From NCBI GenBank assembly GCA_951406725.2, contig OX597819.1, positions 14,694,001 through 14,758,000 on the forward strand: a stretch of 64,000 bases of DNA, read 5' to 3'. The notes under the pieces are model-generated. The model ran no database searches. It was not told the DNA's origin and saw only the letters and a list, made by a program, of their open reading frames with translations. This DNA comes from Octopus vulgaris (lineage: Eukaryota). Positions within the stretch are counted from its first letter, which is position 1; each line of letters opens with the position of its first letter. Positions 27,731 to 42,314 of the stretch are shown here, piece by piece. The position numbers were made by a program, and so were the translations under genes.

Positions 27731-28332
27731 GAAGCTAAGACTGACAAAAAAAAAAGGTTAAAGCTGGAGCAACTCTAATTATAGGTCTGATCAATCTAGA
27801 TTGATAAACAGCAGAAATATAAAATTTAATTAAATTGTGCAATTAATTATGGAGCCGAATGGAAATTAAAAATACGTTTCTAAGAACGTTTTGCTGATTG
27901 GAACAAAAACGAGAAATTCCGGTTCAATTGATCAAATCTTTGCGGTTGATGAAAATAGATAAATATATAAAAGAATGCCGCATGAAGAGAATATTACGAA
28001 GAAGAAGAAGAACAGATCTGTTACCCGAAGGCAGAATTTAATTTTAGTAACGGAAATCGTATGAGTAACCATAGCCTAGTGTGATGATGTCGTTGTTGTT
28101 CTTCTTGTTGATGTTGGTGCGGTTGTTATTGTTGTTGTTTAGATATTGTTGTTTGTTCCTTCTCGAGCCATGTCTGGCTCATAAGGGCCGGTTTCCCGAT
28201 TTCCTTGGCGTATAGGTACCCCACCTGCTGTAGCCCATCTTTTATACCAAGACAAAACAATGATAACACTTCCAATCAGTTAAGATCAGAAGCCATGAGA
28301 GCTACTGTCCGGTATTGCATCAGAGAATTATT

Positions 28333-28374
<42 letters not shown>

Positions 28375-28569
28375 GCTGCTGCTGCTGCTGCTGCTATGTA
28401 AGGCAGCGAGCTGGCAAAATCGTTAGCTCGCCGTGCTAAATGCTACGATGCATTTTGTCCGCCTTCACGTTCTAAATTTTAAATTCTGCCGAAGGCGTCT
28501 TCTCCTTTCGTCCATTCGGGGTCGATAAAATAAGTACCATATGAGCACTGGGGTTGATGTCATCGAACC

Positions 28570-28990
<421 letters not shown>

Positions 28991-29532
28991 TATGCTTAAG
29001 GATTATCCATGAGCTGTAGTTTCTTCTTTATTTTCCTTTAGCTGTGTTGGGGGGGCCCCACGAGGCGGTCATAGCGACTGGTCTCATTTTTCTGAACAAG
29101 GATCCATAAAGATAAATATAGAAATTAGATTTATTTCCAGTCCCACCGGATACATGCTGTTTAGTTCTGTGTCGTGAGAGTCAGTCAACTTTTTATCCAG
29201 GTTCAATTTTGAATCATTCACTCTCTCTCCCTTCTCTTTCTCACTACCTCCCCCTTTATTTCTCTCTCCCTCTCTCTCTTCAATATCTATGAGATATCGT
29301 TCAAGAAACCACAATCACTTACTCTGCGTATGTTTGTTTGTTTGTTTGTTTGTTTGCAATTCATTTTGGTTGAAGCGGAGAAGCATATCTTTGGAATCAA
29401 GACAAACCTTATCTCATTTCCTGTAATTATCGCAGTGTTCTTAAAGGCAGCCACCATTTCCAGTCTTGATGTTTCGCCACTTACAACATACATACATACG
29501 TACTTACATACATACATGTATACATATGTGTG

Positions 29533-29588
<56 letters not shown>

Positions 29589-29690
29589 AATATATATATA
29601 TATGTTTGAATATATATATATATATATGTATATATATACATATATATATATATTCAAACATATATATATATATATATGTGTTTGAATATA

Positions 29691-29778
<88 letters not shown>

Positions 29779-29801
29779 CATGTATGTATGTATATATGCA
29801 T

Positions 29802-29851
<50 letters not shown>

Positions 29852-30475
29852 ATGTATATATATAAATATAATTGTGCGTGTGTGTGTATTGTATATATGT
29901 ATGTATATGATAAAGTGCGTAATTATATGTGGAGAAAGTAGTAATGGAAGAAACTAACTTAACAATCGAGAAATCCGGCTTCCATTTAAAATGCCAACGA
30001 TTGTTGGTTATTTTATCATCCAACTGGTGTATTTTAACAGTGTGTTAGGTTAACGGTGATTACAAACAAACATAATAATTAACACTATTAAATTACTAAC
30101 GCAAAAATGCTTCAACTGTTTCCCCACAACAACCAACCACCCGCCCACCCACAAACACACACATACATAAACACACGCACATGTACACGCAGATGTACAC
30201 GCACACGTAGAGACACATGTTCATAGAGACATAGTTAAGATTATAATCTTATTTGAGTCTATACTTTGTAGGATGATGTGTTAAGCTCGTCCACAGTTAC
30301 TGGCTACCTGGTGTCAACAACAGCAGTGATGCATCTGCTACTGGAGTTGCTTCAGGAATTCCTTGGAGACCGTGGAGTTTATATAAATGGAATGAGATAC
30401 GGAAAATGGAATTCAAGTGATTCTTTATTCAAATCCACACCAATTTCTTCGCCTCATCCTGCATCTGTACCTCAT

Positions 30476-30778
30476 GTTTGTTCCTTCTCGAACCATACCT
30501 GGCTCTTAAGGGCCGGTTTCCCGGTTTCCTTGGAGTATAGGTTCCCCACCTGGACGAGACGCCGGTCCGTCGCAGGTGAGCTGCAAGATGCAAGAGGAAA
30601 GAGTGAGAGAAAGTTGTGGCGAAATAGTCAGCAGAAGTTCACCATTACCTTCTGCCGGAGCTGCTTGGAGCTTAGGTGTTTTTGCTCATAAACACACACA
30701 TCGCCCGGTCTGAGATTCGAACCTGCGATCCCTCGCCCGCGAGTCCGCTGCTCTAACCACTTGGCCATGTGCCTCCAC
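30476..30778 (-). mobile_element. SINE S3 head with alternative tail B
   Basis: Same tRNA head and body as 4336-4720, then gcgacggaccggcgtctcgtccaggtggggaacc..ccggcccttaagagcc; tail fragment also at 28150-28225. Confidence 0.85.
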
Positions 30779-31131
30779 TGTAGATATTATGTGAGATGCT
30801 GTATAAGGAATTTGTTTTGCATCACAAGTCAGATTGCGTCTCCGCGGGTGACTTTTTAAACAAATACCTCGCTCTTTCTTCTCTTCATTTCATCCAGCTC
30901 TGTTAAGATAATAGATCGCAATTTGCACCTGTGATTCAAGACTATTGATTGTGAAGCATCATCTCACCTGTGAGGTACAGGTGCGGGATGAGTCGAAACA
31001 ATTTTAGTGGATGGGAATGAAGACTCTCAGGAATTCCATTTTCTGTCTCTGATCTATTTACACACACGCACACACACACACGCACACACACACACGCGCA
31101 CACACGCACACATACACACGCGCGCACACGG

Positions 31132-31163
<32 letters not shown>

Positions 31164-31252
31164 GCGCGCGGATACATACATACCGAATTACATGCATACA
31201 TTCATACGTATATACATACACACACACATACAAACATACACACATACATTTT

Positions 31253-31641
31253 GTTGTTGGCACTCCGTCGATTACGACGACGAGGGTTCCAGTTGATCCA
31301 TTCAACGGAACAGCCTGCTCGTGAAATTAACGTGCAAGTGGCTGAGCATTCCACAGACACGTGTACCCTTAATGTAGTTCTCGGGTGAAGGCTCAGCGTG
31401 ACACAGAGTGTGACAAGGCCGGCCCTTTGAAAAATACAGGTACAACAGAAACAGGAAGTAAGAGTGAGAGAAAGTTGTGGTGAAAGAGTACAGCAGGGTT
31501 TGCCACCATTCCCCGCCGGAGCCTCGTGGAGGTTTAGGTGTTTTTGCTCAATAAACACTCACAACGCCCGGTCTGGGAATCGAAACTGCGATCCTACGAC
31601 CGCGAGTCCGCTGCCCTAACCACTGGGCCATTGCGCCTCCA
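31253..31641 (-). mobile_element. SINE S3, tail A
   Basis: Near-identical to 4336-4720. Confidence 0.9.
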
Positions 31642-32012
31642 CACATACATGCATACATACATACATACATACATACATACATACATACACACACACATAC
31701 ATACATACATACATACATACATACATACATACATACATACATACATACATACATACATACATACATACATACATGCAATGCTGGTTGGTTGGCAGGTAAG
31801 GTTATATATATAGAAATGTTTTGAACGTTGATAAGACATCGAAGTTTACGAGGGTCCGTGTTGAGGATGAAGACATTTCACAACATTAGGGTTACAAAAA
31901 AGAGTATGTATGTTATGTGCATATATACACATAACATGATCCATCCATCCATCCGTTCGTCCGTCCCTGTGTTTGTCCATCTCATCTATTTATCTACCTA
32001 TCTATTTGTCTG

Positions 32013-32148
<136 letters not shown>

Positions 32149-32149
32149 T

Positions 32150-32358
32150 CGCCATGTTGAATCGCTAGCTTCTGCCCGCATTTTTTTCTCTCCTTGTTTC
32201 TCTCCGTGTTTCTTTTCTGTGTATCTTTCTGCTGAAGAGCGTAGGCTAGAAACGTAAAAGACTTGTTTTATTTATATTCCTGAGCGCCATACTAATACAA
32301 TTGTTTGTTTGTACTCCACCTGCCTTCGTCTTTTGTTTATTTTCATAAAGCTTCCCGT
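32150..32358 (+). mobile_element. Family B element
   Basis: tcttt-CTGCTGA-a-gagcgtaggcta-GAAAC-GTA-aaaga at 32224-32261; (TA)n on both sides. Confidence 0.7.
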
Positions 32359-32376
32359 TATATATATATATATATA

Positions 32377-32750
32377 CTAGCAGTATCCCCCGGCGTTGCT
32401 CAGGTTTGTAAGGGAAATAACTATAAAGCATCTTTAGAGAGTTATAGCCAAAAAATACCAAAAAAATGGAAAAAAATGATGGTAAATTTTTTTTTAGTTA
32501 AAAAAGGTGGAGTTGCGTCCCCTAGACAGTTTGCGGTTTGTGTTTCTGATTCTCGACCCCATGTCGAATTTATCGATTTTTTCAGAACTGGGGGAACTTT
32601 TCAAAATTTTCGCTGCGTTAGTTTTGAATTATGACATTGGGCTATGTGTGTGTCAAGTTTCATCAGAATCGGTTGAAAGCCGTGGTCAGGGTGAGGGTAC
32701 AAGCAAACAGACACACAGAAAACGCACAGACAAACTGCCGTTTATATATA
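32377..32750 (-). mobile_element. Non-autonomous Helitron
   Basis: Near-identical to 429-803; 5' TC end not clear. Confidence 0.75.
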
Positions 32751-32756
32751 TATATA

Positions 32757-33061
32757 TAAGGATAATATCGATATTTAAATATCGATATTATCAAGTGGCC
32801 AGCATGGGAAAAATACCATACAAAGGTAATAATTTTTTTACAACTAAAAATAAGGGTGTCTGAGAGACACCACCATGCCGAAATAGCAGTCAAAACCCTG
32901 ACTCTAAGAACCACGTTAAATGTTCATATCGCACCATGAGATAAGACAGAGGGACAAAATAGACTAGCGAAAAATATTACTGAATTTAACGTGGTTCTTA
33001 GAGTCAGGGTTTTGACTGCTATTTCGGCATGGTGGTGTCTCTCAGACACCCTTATTTTTAG

Positions 33062-33063
<2 letters not shown>
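32757..33063 (-). mobile_element. Family D element with perfect 80-bp inverted duplication
   Basis: Arms 32842-32921 and 32984-33063; 32-bp perfect palindrome at 32761-32792; flanked by (TA)n. Confidence 0.8.
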
Positions 33064-33159
<96 letters not shown>

Positions 33160-33508
33160 ATCTACAGGTCGATTTATCTATCTGTCCGTTAGTGTAGCTG
33201 TCCGTCCATCCGTCCCATATATATTTATTTCTAACTGAAGATCAAAACAAAACCGTGGCAGAAATTGATCCCTGATACGTTTCTAATGAACCTGCCGTCT
33301 CTTCATTCTTTCTGTCTTTCTTTCCCTCCTTCTCACAAACGCATCCCTATTCGCTAATTAATTCCGGCGATGCATAATTTCAATGCAATCCAGAACCATA
33401 CATGTGCCTCGCTTCTCTTTTTCCTTCTCTTTCTCTCCATATGCACACACACACACACACAAAACACGCGCACACACACACACAAACACACATGTATCTT
33501 CATACACA

Positions 33509-33571
<63 letters not shown>

Positions 33572-34672
33572 CCAGGCGTCACTATGTGTATGTGTGAAAT
33601 AAAATATGACAGTTGTGAGTTAAGAATATGTATGTATGTATGTATGCGTGTGTCTACGTGTGTGTATGTATGTATATGTATAAAGATGTGTATACATGTA
33701 TGTATATGTATATACATGCGTATATATGTATGTATGCATGTATGTGTGTAAGCATGTGTGTGTGTACGTGTCTGTATATATATATATATATATGTATATG
33801 TATATATATATATATGTACGAGTGTGTGTATGTTTATGTAATTATGTCTATATATATATATGTGTATATATATATATATATACGTTTGTATGCGTGTAGA
33901 TAGTTATGTGCGTATATATGTGTATGTATGTATGTATGTATGTATGTATGTATGTATGTATGTATGTATATGTGTATGCATATCTGTCTCTCTGTATGTG
34001 TGTATGTATGTATATATGTATGAATGTATGTACTTATATGTATATATATATGTGTGTATGCATGTCTGTCTGTATATATGTATATATGTATGAATGAATG
34101 TATGAATGTATGTATATGTATGTATATGTGTATGCATATCTGTCTGTATGTATGTGTGTGTTTATGTATATATATATGTATGAATGTATGTACTTATATG
34201 TATATATGTGTGTATGCATGTCTGTCTGTATATATGTATATATGTATGAATGTATGTATATGTATGTATATGTGTATGCATGTCTATCTGTATATATGTA
34301 TATATGTATGAATGTATGTATATGTATGTATATGCATGTCTGTCTGTATATATGTAAATATGTATGTATGTATGAATGTATGAATGTATGTATATGTATA
34401 TGTGTATGTCCGTCTGTCTATCTGTCTGTATGTACGTATGTGTGTATGTATGTATGTATGTATGTATGTGTTTGTGTGTGTATGTGTGTGTGCGTGTGGC
34501 TTGTGCTATCCTCAGTTTGCTATCAGTCTCTCCTAGAAGCCATTTCCTAATAATTAGATACATAAACTGTTACTAACAAGGTAATATGCATAAATGGAAG
34601 CCTTTAATTATGAGGACAACATCAAACCGATAAGACAGAGCGACTGCAATAACATCCATAAATACACACACA

Positions 34673-34723
<51 letters not shown>

Positions 34724-34858
34724 GCCCGCGCGCACGCCGCGCCAGTTGAAGTTCGTTTTGCGAAGGAATTTACGAGAAACTATGAAAAACCTGTTCCGCA
34801 TGCTTAGTAATTACAACTGGCTGGTCGCGAAGACCTTTTATTTATTCTTTCATTCATC

Positions 34859-34913
<55 letters not shown>

Positions 34914-34931
34914 TTATTATTTATTATTATT

Positions 34932-34994
<63 letters not shown>

Positions 34995-35043
34995 GTGATG
35001 GTGGTGGTGGTGGTGGTGGTGATGATGATGATGATGATGATGA

Positions 35044-35074
<31 letters not shown>

Positions 35075-35437
35075 ATAGGTTCATATTTGCTAAGGCTGCA
35101 GTTCTTCTTGTTGATTGTAGGAAAGAGATGCTCTCCTGATTAACATCACAGTTCGATAATGTAAATTGAAGAGAGTAATACATGTTTATGTGAAAATTAC
35201 AAAAACGACATCAATTTTGGTCTCTTTTGATCTACAGTTTCATAGAGGTGCATTTTTTGGGGCGTATGTACTTGTCTATTTATTTATTTGTTGTGTTTTT
35301 ATCAGGTTCCGCTAATGAATTGTCAATATGGGAATGTTTATGGCATTTATTAGAAGAAGGGGAAAAGGCGAGGAAATGATTATAAAGAAGACAATGTTGA
35401 AAGTGCGCGTTCGGTCACATTGGGGTCATATTGACCT

Positions 35438-35678
35438 TATTTCTTTACTACCCACAAGGGGCTAAACATAGAGGGGACAAACAAGGACAGACAAAAGGAT
35501 TAAGTCGATTACATCGACCCCCCCTCCCCCAGTGCGTAACTGGTACTTAATTTATCGACCCCGAAAGTATGAAAGGCCAAGTCGACCTCGGTGGAATTTG
35601 AACTCAGAATGTAACGGCAGACGAAATACGGCTACGCATTTCGCCCGGCGTGCTAACGATTCTGCCAGCTCGCCGCCT
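35438..35678 (-). mobile_element. SINE S1 monomer, tail X
   Basis: Complete; TSD tattgacct. Confidence 0.9.
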
Positions 35679-36480
35679 TATTGACCTGTGTTGTGGGAAG
35701 CTGAGGATTGCAAATTGGCTGTGGGGCTCTCCGCCAGTATCGACGAGGAGCATTCACTTGTTCCATTAATTGATTTCTTGATGTGAAACTGACATGCATG
35801 CGGTTGAGTATTCTGTAAACTCGTATGATCTTAATTCAATTCTCGAGTCGTATCGGCATGAAACTATGACCTATACTGGACCTTTGAATTACAGGAGCAG
35901 TCCACATAGAGAGCGGTGGGGAGGAAAAGGAAGAGAAAGAAAGAAAGAAACAAACAAACAAACAAGAAAGAAAGGAAGAACAAACATACAGCTGGTACTT
36001 TATTTATCGACTCCTGAATGGAGGAAAAGTGAAGTTGACTTCAGCAGAATTTGAACTCAGAATTTGAGCACAGAGAGAGCAAGAACAATTACCGTATTAC
36101 ATTCTACTGGGCGCTCTAACGATTCTGTCAGTTCATCATCACATTGGAATCTAAATTGGCCAAAATATCGGACGTGTAACAAACCTGAACAACAACGAGT
36201 TGTGGAACATCTGAAATAGCGTCTGGAAAAACAGTTTCATTCTACATGGCCTACATCAAAAATAATGCAACAACGCGAGGAATGCTAAACGGAAAAGCCA
36301 ATAATATATCCTTTAAAAGTCTTGCAGAAAAGTCTCGTGAACCAGACGCTAAGGACGATCAGCTGTCATAAGACAATCTTTCCGATACAGCGTTCTTGAA
36401 GGCTGTGCTCCAGCAAGGCCGCAATCTGATGACTGAAACAAGTAAAAGATAATTATATATATATATATATATATATCATT

Positions 36481-36645
36481 ACTTTTCATATCATTACTTA
36501 ATCGATAATACTGAGTAATGTAACTGATCGATATTCTGATAGAATTTTTTGGAATATATATATAATATGGATTCCAGAAAATTCTATCAGAATATCGATC
36601 AGTTACATTACTCAGTATTATCGATTAAGTAATGATATGAAAAGT
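36481..36645. repeat. 75-bp-arm inverted repeat with 15-nt loop
   Basis: 36481-36555 versus 36571-36645, one mismatch. Confidence 0.9.
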
Positions 36646-36937
36646 CGATAAACGTCTACAAGGTTATCTCAGGAAAATGCAAATGAACACAAATTGTCCC
36701 GCTTTGATCGAGTACAGCTTTGGAGTCTTCTTTCGAAAGATTGGATTGCTGCGAGGAGAATGTAATTTGTCCATAATATTATTCGTAATGACTGACCAAT
36801 GATCAAGAACAGTCGTCAGCTTTGACGGATTCAGAGCGGTCGATCAAACAAATATTTGAAACAATAAGGTCTTGATTCGCAGTCTTTCAGCCGACGCCCC
36901 GACCTGCTTCTATATAGCTTTCAGACCACAAAAAATA

Positions 36938-37594
36938 ATCCCTTCTACTAGAGGCACAAGGCCTGGAATTTGTGGAGGGAGTTAAGTCGATTATATTAAC
37001 ACCAGCACTCAACTGGTACTTGATTTATCGACCCCGAAAGGATGAAAGGCAAAGTCGTCGTCGGCGAAATTTGAACTCAGAACGTAGCGATGGGCGAAAT
37101 ACCGCTAAGCATTTCCGACAACGTGCAAACAACTCTGCCAGCTCACCGCCTTAATAATGAAACCTAACCAATATTCTTTCCTACTCTAGGCACAAGGTTC
37201 GAAATTTTGGGGGACGGGGACAGTCGATTAGATCAACCCCCGCACGCAACTGGTACGTAATTTATCGAACCCGAGAAGATGAAATGTAAAGTCGACCTCG
37301 GCGGAATTTGAACTCAGAATGTAAAGACAGACGAAATATCGCTAAGCATTTCGTCCGGCGTGCTAATGTTTCTTATTTCTTTACTGCCCACAAGGGGCTA
37401 AACATAGAGGGTACAAACAAGGACAGACAAACGGATTAAGTCGACCCCAGTGCGTAACTGGTACTTAATTTATCGACCCCGAAAGGACGAAAGGCAAAGT
37501 CAACCTCGGCGGAATTCGAACTCAGAACGTAAAGTCAGACGAAATACCGCTAAGCATTTCGCCCGGCATGCTAACGTTTCTGCCAACTCACCAC
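36938..37594 (-). mobile_element. SINE S1 monomer plus S1 dimer
   Basis: Monomer 36938-37151; dimer 37172-37594 with X then Y tail. Confidence 0.85.
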
Positions 37595-38719
37595 CCTCTA
37601 ACCACTCCCAATATTAACATCAACTCCACAATGTCACAGACACAAACACTCGGTTAATCACGACTTGTTACAAAGTGTGTACTTCCAGCCAAAGAATCTT
37701 CGTTTTGTTGTTGTTGTTGTTTGCAGTCATCAAATAAACTTTGGAATTTCGTTTATATGAAAAGGAAGAAAGCATGTAGAGTGATACTGAATTCCTACTT
37801 TACGTACCTATATTCAAAAATCTGTCTGTATTTTCTTTTGAGCAGATTTTGTTTCTCCTTAATTTTCTGGCAGTTAAAAAAAAATGCTGTTTTGAACGCA
37901 AGCTTTGTTTTTGGTTTTGCCAATTATTTATTTATTTATTTCGCTGAATTGTTTGTACATTTGTTGGTTCTTCTAGTTAATTCTGGGCTGTTGTCTATCG
38001 TCGAATCTCCGAAGCACTTTCCTTTTTAATGCTGCACAATAAAGTGCCGGACTATGTCATTTACAATATCTAGTTATCTCCTTCTTATGCCACCTTTATG
38101 TTTCATCCCTTTCGGGGTGGACAGAACAAATAGCAGTCATGCATTGTGGTTAATGCAATGCCCCACAAAATAGAAGGCCTTGAGCCAATGTCAGAAAAAG
38201 AAATATTCTGCGCTGAGTGGTGATGTTAAACTCCCTTGTTCGAAAATATAAGGACTCAGATAGTGTGTCGTATAGCCAGCTGGAGACGATGTTTCCTGGG
38301 ACTAAATAACAGTAACATTCGTCCTGAACCAGGACTGCAACGTTATGATGGCAAATAATCTTTACTCTAAATTAAGATGATGTTTATGTCTACACCTCTG
38401 ACTGGACGTTTGGCTGTTATTCACTGTGCATAATTTTGTCTCTTTCGCCTCTTCCGTTCTGACCATGCCTGGTCTGTTTCACTTCAACGCTGGCAACCCA
38501 TCGTCCGACTGCTTATCATTTCTATGTCCCTAACTGGGTGGTCTCCCACACGGACCGTTCAAACCTGTTGATAACAATACTGAACGCGAAGTTCCCTTTG
38601 TGAGCATATCGTAATGATTTATTATTACCTTCCAGTCCAGCAGAGCCCATCATTCTGATGACAAGACATCCCCAAAGGATAACTTTCTGATGGCTAACTA
38701 GTGTGTATAGGTATGCCTG

Positions 38720-38811
<92 letters not shown>

Positions 38812-38844
38812 ATATATATATTGTAATATTAAAACAGATACTAA

Positions 38845-39245
38845 GTCGGCGAGCTGGCAGAATCGTTAGCCCGCCCCGGGCGAAATGCTTAGCGGTATTT
38901 CGTCTGCCGTTACGTTCTGAGTTCAAATTCCGCCGAGGTCGACTTTGCCTTTCATCCTTTCGGGGTCGATAGATTAAATACCAGCTACGTACTGGGGTCG
39001 ATGTAATCGACTTAATACCTATGTCTATCCTTGTTTGTCTTCTCTATGTTTAGCCCCTTGTGGGTAATAAAGAAATAGGTATTTCGTCTGCCGTTACGTT
39101 CTGAGTTCAAATACCACCGAGGTCGACTTTGCCTTACATCCTTTCGGTGTCGATAAATTAAGTATCAGTTACGTACTGGGATCGATGTAATCGACTGGTC
39201 CCCTCCCCTAAAATTTCGGACCTTGTGCCTAGAGTAGAAAAGAAT
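38845..39245 (+). mobile_element. SINE S1 dimer (X then Y)
   Basis: Junction aaagaaata|ggtatttcgtc near 39077. Confidence 0.9.
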
Positions 39246-39267
39246 ATTAGAGCATACTAGAAATTTG

Positions 39268-39312
<45 letters not shown>

Positions 39313-40419
39313 TGCATACATACAAACATATATGTACGTACCGACATCTACATGTATATATACATGCATATATAAATATATATACGTACAGGACACCACA
39401 AAAAGACGTAAAACTCAACAGAAACGGAAACGGAAAAGCCATTTAGTTACAACAGAAAGACAGAGACGTGGAACAGGACGAGAACGAAAACGGGAAAAAC
39501 ATTATTTACAACATCAAATTTCTAGTATCTGTGCTATTATTACAATAGGGTGATTAATTGTGTAATTAAAGAAATTCGTTGGAATTAACATAATGAGTGC
39601 TCTCGCTGCAAAATGTACCTCCTAATGCCACATGAATATTTGGCGCCAGTGTCAATAAGGGTTATTACTGGCTAAGATCTATTGCCAAATGTTATCTAGT
39701 TGAACAAGAGAAAGAAAATTCTTTATGAGTTCAGCTGCTGTATAATGGGAGGGAAACATAATCTGGTGTTCTTTATTCCAAATAGCTGCTCTTTTCTACA
39801 GTCGGCAGTATGTGTTCGTTGTGAAGGGGTGGTCCGCAATATGAAGTGGTCTGTGGAACGTGTTGGATGGTAAACAAACAAGTGCTTCTGGTTTATTTGT
39901 TCGCGAGAAACAACAACACCAACCACGAAAGCAGCCACGAAAAAGATATAATAAACCTCAAGAAACGCGACCAACCACAACCCTAACACCACCACCACCA
40001 CCAGCAACAACAACAGCTAAAGAATGCGTTTATCATTTGAGGTACAAGCTACCTTTTCCATGAGTTCGAAACCAGCCAGCTGCTGGGTTCTCATTGATTC
40101 AAACAAACACAAAACGTTCCATATTTCTCTTATCAGATAACAGTTCGAATGTAGTGAGTTATGAGTCGGTCTGTCTCGCCTCTTATCCTGACTTCATTCA
40201 CTTTAGACATATTCCAGTAATAATCAACTGAAATTGTTACAACTTTACAGGAATCTCACTCTTCTTCCCTTTTTCTTCCTTTCTCTCGTTTCATCTCCCT
40301 TCCCCCTCTTTCTCTCTTTTTTTTTTTCCATCCATCTCATCTGTTATTTCTTTCATGATACTCTACAACATTCGTTCTTCACGAATCCATATTTATTGTC
40401 CTTCTTTCTTATTTCTTCT

Positions 40420-40780
40420 AGGCACTGTCGTGTGGTAAGAAGTATGCTTCCCAACCATATGGCTCTGGGTTCAGTCCCACTGCGTGGCAAATTGGTCAAT
40501 ATTTTCTCCTATAACCTTGGGCCGACCAAAGCCTTGTGAGTGGATTTGGTTGACGGAAACTGAAAGGCGGCAAGCTGGCAGAATCGTTAGCACGCCGGGC
40601 GAAATGCTCAGCGGTATTTCGTCTGCCGCTATGTTCTGAGTTCAAATTCTGCCAAGGTCGACTTTGCCTTTCATCCTTTCGGGATCGATAAATTAAGTAC
40701 CAGTTACGCTCTGGGGTCGATATAATCGACTTAATCCGTTTGTCTGTCCTTGTTTGTCCTCTCTGTGTTTAGCCCCTTGT
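40420..40780 (+). mobile_element. S2 head followed by SINE S1
   Basis: S2 5' part 40420-40565; S1 40565-40780, cut inside tail X. Confidence 0.8.
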
Positions 40781-41150
40781 TGGTGAATGTAGCAAAGATG
40801 GTACGCACGAAAGACGAAACCATTTTGAGCATGATTCTATAAATCGAAAAAGGAGAGAGAGAGAGAACACTTTGCTCTCATGTGTTTTGCCCTCCCTGCC
40901 TGAGGTTACCGTGGTCTTTTTCGCAGGCTTTTCTTTCCACGGATAAACCTAATCTTTTTTTTACATTTTTGATATTTTCTGTGATACACGTTCCCGTTTG
41001 ATCGATTTTTATTTATTTACATGATCCCTTTTGATCGAAAACTTATTTCTTCCTCCCTTTTTTTCTATTTTCTTTTTCTTTCGAAAGGGAAGGCTCTACA
41101 TTGTATTTTATCCCCTCTGTGTTCGGTCCTGTTTGGCTAATAAAGAAACA
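40781..41150 (+). mobile_element. 3' end of an L1/Tx1-like LINE
   Basis: VNVAKMVRTKDETILSMIL-stop, a 3' UTR ending cccctctgtgttcggtcctgtttggctaataaagaaa, then (TATC)n; part of the UTR is repeated at 42119-42247. Confidence 0.55.
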
Positions 41151-41287
<137 letters not shown>

Positions 41288-41290
41288 CAA

Positions 41291-41322
<32 letters not shown>

Positions 41323-41811
41323 TCTATCTATATTGATAAATGCGTGTGTGTGCGCGCGCGTGTGTATCATCTATGTATATGTGCGTTTAAAATATACATA
41401 CATGCGTAAGTACATGCATACTTGCATGCATGCATACATACATACATACATACATACATACATACATACATACATCTATACATACATATAGTAGAAGGCA
41501 CTTGCCCAAGGTACCACGCAGTGGAACTGAACCCCGAACCATGTGGTTGGTAAGCAAGCTAATTACCACACAGCCACTCCTGAGCTTATAATTTTCTCGA
41601 TCTGTCATGGTAGAAGAGTTTGTCAAGAAGGGGTCCAGTTGCATCGATTTAAGGTTAAGTGAATGGTATTCAAGGGGACAGAATCTGTAATTCTACAGAT
41701 TTTCTCACAGACTTTAGTGGAGTAAAAGAAGCAGCCACGACCAGGAATCGATCTTGTGTCGCGAATTGAGTTCTTTAAAAGGTAATCATCTAAGTTACAG
41801 TAAAATGGCAA

Positions 41812-42117
41812 ACGGGTAAAGGGTAAGGACCCCGCTTCGGTGCATAGGATTGCACCTAGAAAGTGCCCCTCTGAGGCACAAGTCCGGGCAAGGTTGTTTA
41901 TGGAAGACCAGCCTCCTCTCTCCACGTTACCGATGTTATTCAAGGAAAAGGCAAAGGGACCGATACAGCCTGGCATCTGTGACGTCGCAACTCATTTCTA
42001 CAGGTGAATGAACTGGAGCAACGTGAAATAAAGTGTCTTGCTCAAGTACACAACACGCAGTCCGGTCCGGGATTCGAACGCACAAACCCATGATTGTGAA
42101 CCCGACGCTTTAACCCT
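41812..42117 (-). mobile_element. tRNA-derived SINE family S4
   Basis: Minus strand ggttaaagcgtcgggttcacaatc..GTTCGAATCCC..cttgagcaagacacttt (CORE-like), tail ttacccttta. Confidence 0.75.
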
Positions 42118-42243
42118 TGATACACGATCCCTTTTGATCGATTTTTATTTATTTACATGATCCCTTTTGATCGAAAACCTATTTCTTCCTCCCTTTTTTT
42201 CTATTTTCTTTTTCTTTCGAAAAGGAAGGCTTTACATCGTATT

Positions 42244-42314
<71 letters not shown>

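Noticed and set aside
32842-33063. MITE with 80-bp TIRs
   Set aside because: One arm is internal to a longer element seen uninverted at 11729-11960.
38260-38715. Minus-strand exon or RTE-like LINE relic
   Set aside because: Only a weak GRPP-like motif amid stops; cannot be supported by eye.
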